Assembly: GCF_009914755.1 (NCBI RefSeq)
Contig: NC_060941.1
Reading direction: 5' to 3' (one strand)
Length of the DNA: 64,000 nt
Source: the human T2T-CHM13v2.0 reference genome, Homo sapiens
Shown: piece by piece, positions 16,401-31,034 of the stretch
Numbering within the stretch: position 1 is the stretch's first letter
Layout: each line of letters starts with the position of its first letter
Notes under the pieces: generated by a model
What the model was told of the DNA's origin: nothing
Seen by the model: only the letters and a program-made list of their open reading frames with translations
The model's database searches: none
Translations under genes and position numbers: made by a program

Positions 16401-17519
16401 GTGAGATGTGTAGAGTCAGAGAGGCGGTGACTGGCCCAGAGACCCAGATGTGACCCGGGCCGTGCACTCAGCCCTACCCTTTGCCATGCTGGACTTGAGC
16501 TTTGACCGCTGAGGCCTCTCTACCCTAGATTCCAAATCTTCCTTGAGTTCTGGAATTCAATGAGGCAGGGTCTGGTCCTGGAAGAGCCACTGGGACAGAG
16601 CCCCTGTGGGTGGGGTGGAGGGTGAAATTCTTGGTCCAAGTCTGTGCCCTAAGCTTGGTCCCCACAGGAGGAGGTCTCACCAACTCAGACCTAAAGTGCG
16701 ATCACTGATGGTTGCTGTGGGACCCACTGGACACATGGGGTCCTTCATCTAGGAGTGGGGTGGGGAGCCCTCTGCCCTCAGGCAGTTGTGGAAAATGAAG
16801 GAGCCCTGGAGGGCTGCCTGGAGGGTGACAATCGTCTCTCCTGGTCAAAGAGCCTTGGGGACTGGAACCCTCCTGCAGCGTCCCATTCTCTCTGTCTGGT
16901 CCTCTAGAGGCCTTGCCTTCCGTTTGCCCCGAGTATTCCTGGGGGGGGACGGTTCCCCCAGGTGTTCTCTAGGACTAAGGCCCCAGCGTTCTCTTGTTCT
17001 TTCTTGGTGACCCAGGAAAACAAAGTCCCCTCCTGTATTGACAGCTGGGAATTGTGGTGTCCACCGTCCTCGACCTGCGACGGGGTCTCCATGAGCACAG
17101 AGGCTGCTCTGGAGTCAATAGATCATCTTTTCCCCAAACCAAACTGCTTGGCTGGCGTTGTTCCTGAAGCGGCTTCACTGGCCAGAGTGAGTGAGAATTG
17201 GGGTAGAACGGAGCAGTCACCAGATGTCTTGCTTCCTACAGAAAACTGATTATATTCCTGGTCCCTGAACGATCCTATAGAGACATCCAGTCCCTGACTC
17301 CACCTGCCTCCAGGTGCCCAGAACAGCCCATCGTGGGGACTTCACCCTCAGCAAGTGGATGCCGTTTGTCCTGCCAGGGCAGGTGTGTGTCTGCCTTGGG
17401 GTGTTCAGGGACAATAGGCCTCTCTGTCCAGGTTCCCGTGTGCTCAAATCCTCAGGAAGGAGCCCACCACTGGTTGGAGGCAAGGACTTCAGAGATCTAG
17501 TCAGGGGTGGGACCACTGA

Positions 17520-18053
<534 letters not shown>

Positions 18054-19796
18054 TAGAAAGGCCTCTCTGAAGCAGGACATGTCTCCCTGGCTGGGCCAAC
18101 CTCCTCTCCAGGGTCAGAACTCCTCCCAGGCTCTCCTGTCGGTCCAGCCTGTGGTCAGGGTTAGGGCACAGCCTCATGACACATTTAGGGAGCTCAGGAG
18201 AGGGGGTAGGGACAGAGAGGGGACTAGAGCAGGCCCGTGGGCTCTCAGCACTGTGGTCTCCAAGTAAGCTGGAGAGGAGGGGCAGCCTGAGGATCTGGCC
18301 CTGTTCCCTTGGGGCCTGCCTTGGTGAGATCTGAGGGTTGTGGCCACAGGGCAAGAGGGCACCTGGCCTGGCCTCTGGGCAGTTGTATAGCAGATCTCTG
18401 AGGGCTCAGGGGGCTCAGCCATGAGGAAGGGGCATAGGGACAGTGAGGGCCTTGGCCCTGGCCCTGGTAGGTTGTGGAAGAAGGGCAGGGCCCTGGCCTG
18501 GGCTTCTCACTGAGGCCAGGGGGACAACAGAGCATGCAACTGAAGGCCCCGGGAGTGGTGCAGGGAAGGGACCTGGGCCTGGTAATGGGAGCCCAGCCTG
18601 AAGCCGGCCCCTCAGGACTCACAGGATGGAGAGAGGGAGGAGCCTGGGGGAGGGGGGCAGGGTGAGCCCCTGAGACCTGCCACTTCTGGAAGGCACCTGA
18701 ACCAAGCCAGACCCGGGTGGAGCTGACAGCCTGGGGAGGACAACAGATGGGGTGGGCAGGGAACAGTGGCTCACCTGGGACCCCTCAGTGGGGGAACTTG
18801 GTCAGTCCCCAAGGCTCTGCATGGCCCTCCAGAGATTCTGCTTCCCGCTGGCTCAGTCAACACTGCGCAGGGTGGATGGAGGGGCCAAGTCAGGGCAGGC
18901 AGGACAGTAGGGGAGGACAGCCAAGCATCCCATGTCCTGGTTTTTGCAGTGGCTGGGAGGAGGCTGAGGGCTGAAGGCCAATGACCCTGAGAGCCAGCTG
19001 AGGCTGGAGCAGGAGTGCTGGGGCCAGCCCCACTGCCTGCAGGGCCCTTGGTCATCCTTGCTGCCCTGGGTGTCTCCCCAGCAGTGCTGGGCAGCCCAGT
19101 CAGAGAGTGGCCAAGGCGTGGGTGTGGACAGATCTGGGAGGTCTCACTCAGAGGTTCTGAAAGGACAAGGGTCACAGAAGGGCCAGGGTGGCCGGAGAGA
19201 GGGTCATAGTGTCTGGGCTGGGCAGGATGGGGGAAGATGGGGAGCAGGCAGGGTGAGCGGCCAGGATGCAGGGAGAGGCAGGTGCACGCTGGGAGGTCAG
19301 ACCTTGCAAGGCCCATGGGGAGTGTCAGATGGGATGGGCTCCAGGTGCATCCTCAGGGCACTGGGCAGCTCTCAGGCCAGGCTCCCTGGACTCTGGTGGG
19401 TGATGTGGTCACTCCTGAGGTACTGCTGTTAGTCAGGGCTTGGCCACCCACCCTGGGTGGCACCCATCCCATCTCAGAACTGGACTTTCTTAGCGTCCAC
19501 AGAGGGTGTCACCTCCAGCCCAGGTGGAGCAGCACCATTGTGCAGCCCAAGGCACCCCACGGGCTTCAAGTGTCCCCCCCACCCAGGGCCAGCTTTGAGC
19601 TTCTTCTTCTCCAAGGTCCCAGTGCCTTGCTAGTGTCAGATCCGCAGGGAGGCCCTTGCCTTCCTTCTCTGTGCCTTGTCCCAGGCTGAGACTTAGGGTG
19701 GATGGGGGTAGGCTGGTCCTTCCCTGGGGCCCTCTCAGGGAGAGGGATGGCTCCTGGCCTGGGCAGGTCCTCAGCTCTGCCTGGGTTGCCTTACAG

Positions 19797-19836
19797 TGAG
19801 ATGGAGCTGCCCCGCGTCAGTGCCCTGGAGGTGAAG
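19797..19836 (+). CDS. TBC1D26: TBC1D26 coding exon 3 (H-EMELPRVSALEVK)
   Basis: TTACAG acceptor, GTAAGA donor, phase 2 to phase 0. Confidence 0.9.
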
Positions 19837-20306
19837 GTAAGAGCCTGTGCCTGCTGCGTGGGAGGCTGCTTCAGGGACTGGGAATCGGGTGGTCGGTAAG
19901 GCAGAGGGGGTGGCCTGTGGGCCTGTGTGGTGGTGAGTGGGCCACGGCTGTCACTGGGAGGGGTGGCCTTTCCTGCTGGACTCTGTTCCCATGAGGACTT
20001 GACCAAAACCCAAACCAAGAACTGCAGTCCTGGCTCAGAGTCCACTGCCTGTTTGAACCAAGACCCCAGCTGAAGGCTGGACCTGACCAAAACTTGGGGC
20101 ATTTATGGCCTGAGGATGGCATGTCATGGCATCACCATTCCAGACTACCAGCTCCAGTTCCTTCAGAGGGTCTCAGCCCCTGGGGCCTGCCCTTTCCTGG
20201 CTTCTTCAAGTTGGGTCCCTTCAGGGCCCCAAAGCCCTGGACCCAGCATCCACGGGCCACTGTCAGACGCCTGGCAGCTCCGCTAACTCCATCATGGCTC
20301 ATTTGA

Positions 20307-20510
<204 letters not shown>

Positions 20511-20592
20511 TAGGACTGCAGGCCTGTTCGCCAGCTTTGCTCTGCGGGGTCGCCCCATGTCCTTTCTCACTGGAGTGTTCTTCTGTCTGTAG

Positions 20593-20739
<147 letters not shown>

Positions 20740-20964
20740 TAGACTGTATCAGGAGCCCAGGACTCCAGCTGGAGGGAACGTTGAGCCTGGGTTGGGAGTG
20801 GGGGCTGTGGTCAGACGCACATCCTGGGCATAGATGGTAACTCAGGCACCACAGGTGCGCTGGGCTCTGCTGACCCTCCCTGGTGTCAGAAACAAGGTAA
20901 AAAGGAGCTTTCTGCAGAAGGAAACCTTCCTTCCTTCCTTCCAGAAGTGCTGACTGTGGGATGA

Positions 20965-21144
<180 letters not shown>

Positions 21145-21619
21145 TAAGGCCAATGGGGCTTGCAGGGGTCCCAGAGAAGATGGGGCAATCCAGAGGAATG
21201 AGGTTGTCCCCAGGGCAGAGGCCAGGGTCACCCAGGAGAGGTGACAGAGCCACCAAGGGCTCTCCTGGCCCAGGGAGCAGCCGGCACCATGGACTGAGCA
21301 TCTCCCGGCTCTAAGCCCTGGGCCGGGCTGGGACATGTAGGGCCAGAACCCAGGTGACTCCCAAGGAGACGGAAGGCAGAAAAAAAAAGAGTCATGCAGA
21401 TGGTGAAAAGTGCTCTCCATGACCCACAACTATCCAGGATAGGGACCCATGGGAAGGTGGCACGATGGCAGGGCTTGGGAGCCTTCCCAGGCAACACTGA
21501 CTGCCCAAAATACTAGAAAGGATGCGGGGCCCCGGAAACTCTCATCCATGGCTGGTGGGAACGTGACAGGGCACAGCCATTTTGTAAGTCACATGGGCTG
21601 TGGCTCACAAAGCTCAGTG

Positions 21620-22160
21620 GCCTCGTACCACACATCCCCAAAGTGTGACAGATATTGGCCACACTGATTTGAAAACTGACGTCCAAGTAAAACCCGCATG
21701 TGACGTTCACCGCTTGATTGATTGTAACTCACACCCGGAGGCTACGGAGATGATCTTCAACATGGGAACTAGGGAGGAAGGGGGTTCCACTCTTCAGACA
21801 GAGGCGACTCAGTGAGGAAAAGGAACGAACCCCCAATGCCCGCAGGAACATGGGTGGATCTTAGATGAGTATTGCTGAGGGAATGACGCCAGACCCAACA
21901 GGCTACCACCATGGGATTCCAATTCATTGGCCATTCTGGGAAAGGGCAAACCATAGAGACAGAGAACAGATCAGGATGGCCAGGGGCTGACAGAGCCGGG
22001 AGACGTTGGCTGCAAAGGGGACGTGCTGGGGACTTGGAAGATGAAGGAGCCGCTCTGGGAGGGGCTGCAGTGGTGGACGGGAGGCTCTGCACATTAGTTC
22101 AGAACCGTGGAACTGCACGTCCCAAAGACTGGACTTCTGTGTGTGCAAACTGAGAAAAAG
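21620..22160 (+). mobile_element. Old L1 (L1MC/MD/ME) 3'-end fragment in an intron
   Basis: CATGGGTGGATCTT...ATTGCTGAG..AA..GCCAGAC and GGCAAACCATAGAGACAGAGAACAGATCAG resemble the L1M 3'UTR. Confidence 0.55.
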
Positions 22161-22264
22161 GGGAAGAAAAAATCAACCAGAGTGAAAAATGATCACTGAT
22201 CCAACTGTACACCTACGACATTGCATTGCAAGGAATGTGGATTTTACTGAAAAAAAATTCCTAA

Positions 22265-22546
<282 letters not shown>

Positions 22547-23420
22547 TGAAAATTCAGTGTTTGTCCACCAGGACGTAGTAGGCAGGACTTCAGCTCGCTG
22601 CTGGCAGAAAAGGGCTGAAGCCCAGACTCCTGGTGTCACATGGACCCAATCACCACGTCTCAGATGAAGAAACGACCTTCCCCTCCTGGTGTTGCCCCAA
22701 AGCCTAGGAGCTTGGCAGGGTCCCACACAGGATGGTCCTTGTAGGAGACAGGTTTGACAAGTTGCTGAGGTGCCTGATGGGCCAGGCACTTGTCATGAAA
22801 TGAGTTTGCATCCTGGGGGAGCCTCTTCTTCACTGGAAACCTGGCAAGGATCCAATTTCCCCTTTGCCTGAACCCCATAGGAGCATAGCAGATAGGGAGG
22901 GGGGTCACCCAGGTGGCTGTTCCTGCTTGGCCCCCACTTTCCAGACCATTCCAGGCAGGGAGAGCTGCTGAGCTGACTGCATGAGCTGCCCACATGGAGG
23001 ACCCAGCCACCCCTTATGTCCGGCAGGCAGCCCTTGGGCTGTTGCAGGACCTTTTGTGTGGTGGTCAGCGCCCCGCTGCCTGCCCTCGTGGCAGGTGCAG
23101 TTCACAGGTGCTGCCCCAGGCCTGGCACAGTGGCCTCCCCAGCCTGGCCCAGGGGAGGGAGCATGAACAATCCCTGACTGTGCCCTTTCGGGCCATGTGA
23201 GCTTGGACACTTGCTGCAGGAGTCCCCCCATGCTCCTTGTCAACTGAGTTGTGCGTGACCTGCTCAGTCCTCATGTCCAGTGCCAGGGGAGGGGTGCAGA
23301 GGCTGCACCTCAAATCCCCTGGGGCCTGAGGCAGGTGTCCCCAAAGACCTGTGCCACCTCTGGTGACATAAGTCCTCCCAGGTGGCCTCAGCCCTCCTAG
23401 GTGACATCTTTCCACGGTGA

Positions 23421-23618
<198 letters not shown>

Positions 23619-24227
23619 TGACCCTGACTTCCAGGCAAGGTGCCTGCCTTGTATCCCAGCTTGTTTGGAGCCTCCAGGATGTCCCTGCTGAGGTCCTACA
23701 GCAGCCTGGGTCTGGACAGGAACCCCCTCACCTCAAGTCAGACGGCTTTCATCCCTAACATCAGAGGGCATGGATACCTCCCCCTGGCTGCCCTCTGTCG
23801 TCCGAAGCCAGCCCCAACTTTGTGCAGGCACCACTCACCTCCCTGAGTGTCTTCCTGCCTCCCAGCTGGCTGTGCTCCCAGCCACCCTCCCTCCCTACAG
23901 ATGGCCAACAAAGCCAAGATGGAAGTGTCTGCCCATCCCATGTCCCCCAGCCTGACCCCCACATCCAAGAGATAGCCACATAGCCCCCAGCTCCCACCCT
24001 GTTCTCCCCGCTGGCGCCTGCCTTGTGGTGTCAAATGCAGGCTGCCCTCCTGGCACCTGGACCCAGGAGGCCGCTAGGCAGTGCCTCCAGCCAGGGACCT
24101 CCTCCCCAGGGCTGAGGCTACATGCTGGGGTCACCACATGGGAGGGAGGGAGGCCTCGGGGTCTGGGGTCCCCTGCCCTGCCCAGCTCTTCCAGCTGATG
24201 CCTCCACATTTTGGGCGTGGGGTCTGA

Positions 24228-24349
<122 letters not shown>

Positions 24350-24726
24350 GTGAGTGGATGACACCCTCAGCTCCTAACCAGACGCCCTGGCCCCCATAGG
24401 CCAGGGGAGGCTCAAGTCCCTCATGGGGCTGGCAAGAGGCTGAGTCCCAGCCACGGCCTGACCTGGGATGGGGATTCCCCATGGATTCAGCGTTGGGTTT
24501 CCTTTTCCTGCCCTGGCAAAGGCAGAGGCGCTGGGACCAGGGCCGAGCTGCAGCTGAGCAGGGCTAAAAGAAGTGTGTCCACCGGGCGTCCGTGCATGGG
24601 GCAGGTGTTGGAGCCCTGGCCACCGCCCTGGGTTGTGCCATTAAGGAAGGTCTGCAGAGGGGCCTGGAAGTGGGAGGATTTCAGGGCAGCCCAGGGGGCC
24701 CTGAGCACGTCTGCTCCTCCCTTCAG

Positions 24727-24792
24727 GGCAAGGAAGGGCTGTGCATTGAGGGTTCCATGCTGACGAGGCTCCTCCGGTGTTTCCTTGATGGG
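24727..24792 (+). CDS. TBC1D26: TBC-frame exon 10 (GKEGLCIEGSMLTRLLRCFLDG); 3'UTR in the 250-aa isoform
   Basis: CTTCAG acceptor, GTAAGG donor, open frame, TBC1D3-like. Confidence 0.7.
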
Positions 24793-25221
24793 GTAAGGAG
24801 GCACAGGGAGACCCCAGCCCTGGGACTCTCCTGCCCTGCAGTGCCCAGCTCCCTCAGCTCAGGGGTCCAGCTCCCCCAGGAGGACAGGCTCACAAGCCAG
24901 GCTCTGCCCAAGAGGGGGCATCCCATGGCAGAGGCCAGGGCTCAGGCCCAGCCTCATGGGCAGACTGGGGCAGGACCCGACTTGCGAGGGCCCAGGGAAG
25001 CCCAAGTCCTCAGGAAGCCCTCTTTCCAGAAGCCACAGCGCAGTTGAGATGAGTCCCTCACAAGGAGCTACAGGACCTTGTCTGACTCAGTCTTTTGGGG
25101 GTCTCATCCCATGGAGAGGGGTCCCCAGCACTCCAGGGGCCTGAAACCCCAGTGGGCTCTGCTCAGGCCACTGGCCCCAGCTTGGAAAGGCCAGGTTCTC
25201 CCACACTTGCTGTCCCCACAG

Positions 25222-25321
25222 AAATCCTTCGGGCTCACCCTGAGACTGTGGGATGTGTTCATCTTGGAGGGCGCGCGGGTACTGACAGCCATGGTGCATG
25301 CATCATTCAAAATACACAGGA
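25222..25321 (+). CDS. TBC1D26: TBC-frame exon 11 (KSFGLTLRLWDVFILEGARVLTAMVHASFKIHR)
   Basis: CCACAG acceptor, GTAAGT donor; LRLWD..F..EG TBC C-terminal motif. Confidence 0.72.
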
Positions 25322-25679
25322 GTAAGTCCCGTGTGCCCGAGGGTGCTTGGGGGAACATGTGGGACAGACCCCGGCTGGCCTGAGGGAAGTGTCCTTACAC
25401 TGCCTGCTCCATCCGGGTTGGGGGGTCTGGCCTGCTGGGCTGGGCAAGTCATGATGACACTGAGTCCATCCCCCACATGACCCAGATGAAAATCAGGAGT
25501 GTGGTGAGCACTTCCCTGCCCTGCCTTCCCCAACTGTAGCCTCCTGTGCACAGCTGAACCCCAGGGTGGCCAAAAAGGACCAGACACCACCCAGTGGGAG
25601 GTGGGCCTGGTAGAAATGGGGTGCAGGCACTGTCCCCTCCCAGGGAACCCTCCTGGCCTGATGCCCGCCCTCTCCCTAG

Positions 25680-25829
25680 AGCACCTCATGAAGCTTTCCT
25701 GGAGCACTGTCTGGGAGTTTCAGGAGCGACTCTCTCAGAGCTGGGCCCTGGAGGACAACGCGGTCCTCAGGAACCTTCAAACCTCTATGAAGGAACTCAC
25801 AAAAAAACACTGGGACCTGCCACCCCCAG
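25680..25829 (+). CDS. TBC1D26: TBC-frame exon 12 (KHLMKLSWSTVWEF...KKHWDLPPP)
   Basis: CCCTAG acceptor, G|GTGGGG donor; DLPPP as in TBC1D3/USP6NL; read-through stop TAG 25838-40. Confidence 0.7.
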
Positions 25830-25993
25830 GTGGGGTCTAGCACCAGGTCCCCTCTGGAGTCACCCTCTGGGGCAGTCAATGGTGGGGAGTGCCGTGGCCC
25901 CGCCAGCCCTCCTACCTGGTCTTCCTCCTGCACCTCTTCTTCCTCCTCTTCCTCCTCTACTCCAAGAAAGTCAGATGGGTCTGCCAGTCCTCA

Positions 25994-26280
25994 GGGCGCC
26001 GTGGCTCACACCTGTAATCCTAGCACTTTGGGAGGCCAGGTGGGTGGATTACGAGGTCAGGAGATCCAGACAATCCTGGCTAACACGGTGAAACCCCGTC
26101 TCTACTAAAAGTACAAAAAATTAGCTGGGCGTGGTAGCAGGCGCCTGTAGTCCCCAGCTACTCAGGAGGCTGAGGCAGGAGAATGGCGTGAACCCAGGAG
26201 GCGGGACTTGCAGTCAGCCGAGATCACACCACTGCACTCCAACCTGGGCGACAGAGCGAGGCTCTGTCAAATAAAAGAAA
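25994..26280 (+). mobile_element. AluY-like
   Basis: Alu consensus missing the first few nucleotides. Confidence 0.9.
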
Positions 26281-27073
26281 AGTCAGATAACAAAGGTTTG
26301 CCACAGAGGCATCTAAAAAAGTAGGGGGCTGAACTATTCAGAACTCAGAGGCTTCAGATTCGAAGATGAGGCCAAGCAGGAGACTCCTGACCCACTGAGG
26401 GCAAGGGAAATATGTGGGGTTGCTGGGAGAAGATGTCATAAAGGTCCACCCCCACCTCGTGGTATGTCACAGAACCATACACTTGTATAGCTGTGCACAT
26501 CTTCTCTCCACTGATTATAGTATTTCTTTCCATTTGTGACTCTCCAATCACGCAGGGAGCTTGCTACAAAATGCACATTGCTATACCATAGCCTGGGGCT
26601 TGCAATCCAAGGCTGGCAAGGATTCCTGCACGTCAAGGGCCTCAGGTGACTTTCATGCACACCCAAGTCAGAAGGCTCTCCTGAATCCTGGATGTCACCT
26701 TCCTGCCCAAAAAAGGAGGAATGAGGGTCAACCAGCAGCAGACCAGTCACAAAAAGAGATGAAATGTGAGTGCATGGCCTTCCTGACACCCAGACAAAAC
26801 TTTGGGCACAAAGCCAGGCTGCAGCTCTGGCCACTGACTTGGACCAGGGATGCCCCCATGCAGGCCGGTGTGCCCTGGCTGCTCTTGACACCCGCTGGCT
26901 CCTGACACCCTCTCTTCGGCTGCCTGCGTTAGGAAGGGAGAACCTGCCAGTTTTCAGAAGAAAATGTAGCTTTATTATAACATAGGAAAGACTGCAAGTT
27001 ATTACGGGAGGAGGAGGAGGCCTGAAACAGCTCCTGAAAATGAGAGGGAAAAGGAAGGTGTAAATATGTTGGT

Positions 27074-27079
27074 AATAAA
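27074..27079 (+). terminator. Candidate TBC1D26 poly(A) signal
   Basis: AATAAA with downstream GT/T-rich TGTTTTTGTT. Confidence 0.5.
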
Positions 27080-27924
27080 ATCTCCAACCACAGCATAGTC
27101 ATGGGAATGTTTTTGTTACAATTTTTGTTCTCAAGGTTATAGTAAACAAAACAGTCACTTGAATTGTCAAAAGAGCAGCAGTTTTGCACAATGAAAAGCA
27201 TACACACCAAGCCAGAATACAATAGCACTCAGGTCTATATGTTGCAGTGGTCCTAGTGCCAGAGGAAACCTCCAGGGAGTTTGTAGTGACCCTCCAGGGA
27301 GCCCAGGCCCATGGAGGGCCCTGGGGCTGGAGGGAGGCCAGCAAACCACTCAGCTCAAAGCACTCCCTTCAGGCACCTGAAGAGGGAAAGCCCATGTGTC
27401 TTCCTGTGAAGCACTGAATGGGCAGCTGGCATCTCAGAAATGCAGGCGATTTTTCATACACTGGTGTGAATGAGTCTGGGGCACCCAGGGGGTCCCGCAG
27501 TGGTCAGACACACTTTGAAACAATCAACACATACACAGGAGGTTACTAGGAAACAGGAAAAATGTTTTCCTGAATTTCATAGCAGATTGGGAGCTAAAGG
27601 AAGAGATTCCCAAGCCCATCATGGAAATATTTTAACAAAGTAAATTCACAAGAGCACATCAAACACAAAACCTAATGCAAGGGGCAGTGCCCAGGGCCAC
27701 TGCCTGCCTCCGGTGAGAAGTTCTTTAGCAGCAGTCACAGGGCAATGCTTAGAAAGGCAATGCCACAGTGAATAAGGGGGATTAACTTGGATCCAAAAGT
27801 GTAGGATAATGCCCACCAAGAACGCACGTGGCTCCATCTCTCTTCCCAGTTCTAATGTTCTCAGAGCAGCAGCCACCCCTGAACACAAGGGGAGACAGGA
27901 AAGGGCCCAGGGGTGTGGGGATTT

Positions 27925-28575
27925 ATTCCTGGTTTCTTTATTAATTTCCACTGGTCTGTGTGTCTGTTTTTATGCCAGTCCATTGCTGTTTTGATTGCTA
28001 TAGTTCTGTAGTATAACTTGAAGTCAGGTAATGTGATGCCTCCAATTTTGTTCCTTTTGCTTACGGTAGCTTTGGCTATTTTGGGTCTTTTGTGGTTTGT
28101 TTGGATTATTTTTTCTACTTCTGTGAAGAATATCATTGGTATTTTGACAGGGATTGCATTGAATCTGTAGATTGCTTTGGGTAGTATAGACATTTTAACA
28201 ATATTGATTCTTCCGATCTATGAACATGGAATATATGTCAATTGTGTGTGTTCTCTTCAATTTCCTGCATCAGTGCTTTATGGTTTTCTTTGTAGAGATT
28301 TTTCACTTCTTTGGTTAAGTTTATTCCTAAGTGTTTTGTTTTATTTATATCTATTATTAATGGGATTTCTTTTTTAATTTCTTTTTTTAGATTGTTCACT
28401 GTTGGCATAGAGGAATACTACTGATTTTCGTATGTTAATTTTGTATCCTGCAACTTAACTAAATTTGTTTAACTATTCTAATAGTTTTCTGGTGGAGTCT
28501 TTAGGTTTCTCCAAATAGAAGATTGTATCATCTGCAAACAAAGAGAATTTGAGGTTTTCCTTTCCAAGTTGGATG
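27925..28575 (-). mobile_element. L1 ORF2 fragment (L1MA/PB-like)
   Basis: ORF 27861-28193 gives [17 protein letters not shown]...[12 protein letters not shown], the L1 ORF2p C-terminal region. Confidence 0.93.
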
Positions 28576-29111
28576 CAGGGCTGTTATTTTATTTCAGGCC
28601 ATTTTCCAAGCTCAATGGTTTTTGTCAGAATTCAGTTCCTGTAGTTACAGGACTGAAGATTCTGGTTTCTTTTTGCCTGTCAATGGAGAGTTGTTCTCAA
28701 CTCCTAGAGGCTGCCCACCATTCTATGGCACGCAGCCTTCCCCACAGCATGGTAATTGTTTACCATGGAAGAAAATCTTAGAAGAAATCTTCATATCACC
28801 TACCATACAGTTCCCTCTAAATTTCAAATGTTCATATTTTCCCTAAAGGCAAAATATATTTACTCCCTCTCAAAGATTTCATCTCATCATCAGCTCAAAT
28901 CCAAAGTATTATTATCTAAATCATATCATCTAATCACCTCAAAGTCCAAAATGGCCCCTAAACATCATAAACTTGAAGTTCAAAATCTTACCTTCTAAAC
29001 GTTCTAAATCAGGTGCAGATGGGTACAAATCATTTAGTGCAGCTCCTGGGGGTACACTTTCAACTTGTGGACCTGTGAAGCTAAAGAAACAAGTTATTTT
29101 CTCTGACAATC

Positions 29112-29735
29112 TGTTTGGGTGAGCAGACCCAACACCAGATCTTGGGGGTTAGGGCTACAAAGTCTGGCGGAGTTAAAGGAATGAGACAAGAGTACATAGG
29201 TTGGGTCCAGGGGGCCAATGCTAGTATGGAGGCTGCAAAGGCTCTGATCTCCGGGAGCCCACACTATTTATTGGTAATCGAACAAAGAAGCAGGTGGTGA
29301 GGACATGCAGATGTGGGGGTAGACAGATGATGACATGAGGATGTGGGGGTAGAAAGGTAGCAGTGCATCAAGCGTAGCTGTGACGGTTTAGCATATGCTC
29401 TGCTACTTGAGGTAAGGGAGAATAGATTCTTCTAATTCAAGATACAATCAATTTATGATCTTGGGAGAGCAAGAAGCAAGGGGCCAGCGAGTCTGGACAC
29501 ATTCCAGAGGCTACGAGGGGTTTTATTCCCTGAGCCCTGGGTGCTCTCCAAACCACAAGGGGTTTTATGCACTGGGCTTAGATTGTAGTGCAGCAGGGCA
29601 GCCTTCCACCCTTTGGCACAAAGCTTGGTGTTCCCTAGGCCACGAGGGGTTTTAGACCATGGACCCAGGACATGTTCCAAGACTCTTTTACATTATGTCA
29701 GACAAGCAAGCCCTGCCTCAGCCCTTCTACCAACA
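29112..29735 (-). mobile_element. ERVK-class solo LTR (LTR14-like)
   Basis: TG...CA ends; minus strand begins TGTTGGTAGAAGGGCTGAGGCAGGGCTTGC; internal ~3x repeat of CACGAGGGGTTTTA; subfamily from memory. Confidence 0.6.
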
Positions 29736-29807
29736 TAATTCTAATATACATTACTGGACAGGCAGAGGATAACAGTTATGTGCATCTGGATAAAGATAGG
29801 TGGAGGA

Positions 29808-30174
<367 letters not shown>

Positions 30175-30958
30175 TCACAAATTAACAAATGAGCCATAAA
30201 TTGAAAGAGATTAAAAATTAAAGAAGCTATTTCATTGAATATTATACTGGTCATCACTGATGTTTGCCAAAATGTAAAGATTTCAGTTTCTGGAACATGT
30301 ATGTTAATAAATTATAGATAAGAATACATGTATTTATAAATATATTTCAACAGTTTCACTTCCTCAGAATAGTGTTACAACTCAAGTATCAAAGAGGCCA
30401 ATTGGGTCATGAACACATAGACTCAATGTTTATAATCTAATCTTTGTGGAAAAAAAATGCTCAAAAACCTAGAGATGTGAGCAATACCAGTAAAAGTTCT
30501 ACCATTTGTCAAGATTGTTTAAAATGAGAATTTCTATTTCCCTGGTTGGCTGTTACTTTTCTGAAAGCCTGAGGAGAGGAGAAGCTGTCAGTGGAGGTCC
30601 CTGAAGTTACCCAGGCCCAGGAGAGACACAGCATCAGCTGACAACTGCAGTAAATGCCACTGAAGACCCTCACGGGGAAGAGGCTGCAGAACCGTGTCTG
30701 CCATGCTCGTGTTTTAAATGCTGGCCAAAATGAGTCAAAACTTCTTTTCCTTTTTTAAATAGAAGCATTTTCAGGTACTCAAAATATGTCACACAAGACG
30801 AATTTATTATGTTCGCCCTATATCATTTCTTTCTTAAACAATTTAAGCAGGAGTTATTTCACATACTGTATTTGGCAATCAGCTTTTGCTATTTCGAACC
30901 ACTGAAGACAATAAATTTGTTTTCTTCCTCTTTTCTGTTTCTTTCTTTCTTTCTTTTC

Positions 30959-31034
30959 TTTTTTTTTTTTTTTTTTGCTCTTGTGCCCAGGCTGGAGGGC
31001 AGTGGTGCGATCTCAGCTCACTGCAGCCTCTGCC
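30959..31034 (-). mobile_element. Alu 3'-terminal fragment plus poly(A), fused to the NEK4 retrocopy
   Basis: Minus strand GCAGAGGCTGCAGTGAGCTGAGATCGCACCACTGCCCTCCAGCCTGGGC...A(n). Confidence 0.85.

Larger units (their letters stand above)
13900..16790 (+). repeat. Diverged tandem duplication of ~1.55 kb in the TBC1D26 5' region (~13900-15250 and ~15290-16790)
   Basis: Paired blocks at 14001/15581 (GGTGAC.TCAGGCA..GTTTGTCCTT), 14690/16243 (GACTCAG|GTGAGT) and 15226/16766 (AGCCC.TCTGCC...GCAGTTGTGG). Confidence 0.9.

Noticed and set aside
27861-28193. Reverse-transcriptase-element ORF
   Set aside because: Short decayed L1 ORF2 fragment, not an intact element
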